DNA of 64,000 nt from Dudresnaya verticillata (Eukaryota). Shown here one piece after another: positions 62,901-64,000 of this stretch. The stretch's first letter is position 1; every line of letters starts with the position of its first letter. The position numbers and the translations under genes are program-made. Under the pieces are notes generated by a model. That model worked only from the letters and a program-made list of their open reading frames with translations, did no database searches and was not told where the DNA came from. The stretch lies in the NCBI GenBank assembly GCA_977862235.1, contig OZ374557.1:2294001-2358000 (forward strand), read 5' to 3'.

Positions 62901-64000
62901 CGACCGACGTGGGTTTCTTGTTCGCAAGTCTGCTCTTGACGGTGCACTCCAAAAGTTGGTACCGCAACAGATGCGTGGCAGAGTCCTGTATGTTGCCCAC
63001 TACACCCTCGTGTCGGGACACCCTGGTGGAATTAAGATGTACTAAACCTTACGGAGAGACTACTATTGGCCACATATGGCTAACGATGTATTCGAGACCG
63101 TTCGGAGTTACCGCTCATGTGTCAAAACCAAGGGCACGAGGTTTAAGCATCAGACGTCCATGAAACTATTTCCCGCGAGTAGCCCACTGGCGTTTGTCGC
63201 TACGGATACACTGGGCCCGCTGCCGAAAACCAAACGGGGATACGTCTTTGTACTGGTCATCACCGATCGGTTTTCTAAACTAACACGGTGCATTCCGTTA
63301 CGGACGATTACAGCCGTCGTGGTGGCGAACATACTTTTAGACCATTGGGTGTATGCGTACGGTGCACCTAAATTTGTACTCACCGACAATGGAAGACAGT
63401 TCACGGCAACGTTCTTCGAAGCTGTCTGTGCCCTACTCGGAGTGCGGCATTTCCTGACCGTTGCCTACCGCCCACAAACCAACGGGCAAGCCGAGCGGTT
63501 TAACAAAACCATCGCGCAGCGCCTTCGATACTACGTCGAGGATCACCACACCGACTGGGTTTTATACCTACAGCCGTTGAGCTACTCCTACAATATGCAG
63601 GTACACCGGATTACGGATACTACTCCCTTTGACTTGATGTTAACTCGACACCCATCGGATATTATTATTCGTGGCACCCCTCTGGAGCTGGAAGAAACCG
63701 TTACGGAGGGGCGTATGACGCCCGTGCTCCAAAAGCGGGGAACCATGCGGCGTTTGCGCTATGCCCTACAGGAGGTGCAGACCAAACAGACTACAGCCCA
63801 GTTGAAGTCTAAGACCCTCTTCGACCATAAGGTGAGTTTCCGACCGGTGGTTCGCGGTAGCGATCAAGTCTACGTAGATCGCCCGCCGCGTAATCTACGA
63901 CCCACCGAACGGAAGGAACGCGACAGATTGGGTCAAGGCCCTGACCACGTCGGTGAATTTGCGGAGCAAATGAAGAAGCTCCTCCCAAGATTGACAGGCC
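59999..64000 (+). repeat. Inverted duplicate of 53759-57760 (E5 gag end + pol)
   Basis: All ORFs mirror with coordinate sum 117759 and share the same lesions. One difference noticed (55229/62530). Runs off the window end. Confidence 0.97.

Noticed and set aside
1..64000. CRISPR array, rRNA or tRNA genes
   Set aside because: No regularly spaced repeat-spacer array or RNA gene seen. The tRNA-like matches are only PBS motifs.

Overview
Eukaryotic, transposon-dense window. Intron-poor host-type genes and the TE style suggest a florideophyte red alga, but this is inference only. Both flanks (1-24.9 kb and 45.8-64 kb) are stacks of nested, decayed chromodomain-bearing Ty3/Gypsy LTR retrotransposons. 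They include one full-length 12.56 kb element (3668-16227, TSD AGACG), solo LTRs with TSDs, and a near-perfect inverted duplication with arms of at least 4 kb at the right end. Every element whose 3' half is visible carries a large antisense ORF between the chromodomain and the 3' LTR, and all four share a Trp/Tyr-rich domain I cannot assign to a known family. One element lineage is also densely covered by the palindrome CCGTNACGG (at least 26 copies against about 1-2 expected), which suggests an element-encoded protein/DNA-motif system. The central ~21 kb block seems to split a single retroelement. It holds pseudogenised host genes (IDI, eIF3m, a membrane lipase, a two-pore channel), a TIR ORF, a Sola-like DDD transposase, and a disrupted ParB + beta-class DPPY DNA methyltransferase fusion followed by small orphan ORFs. 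All counts and identities were made by eye.
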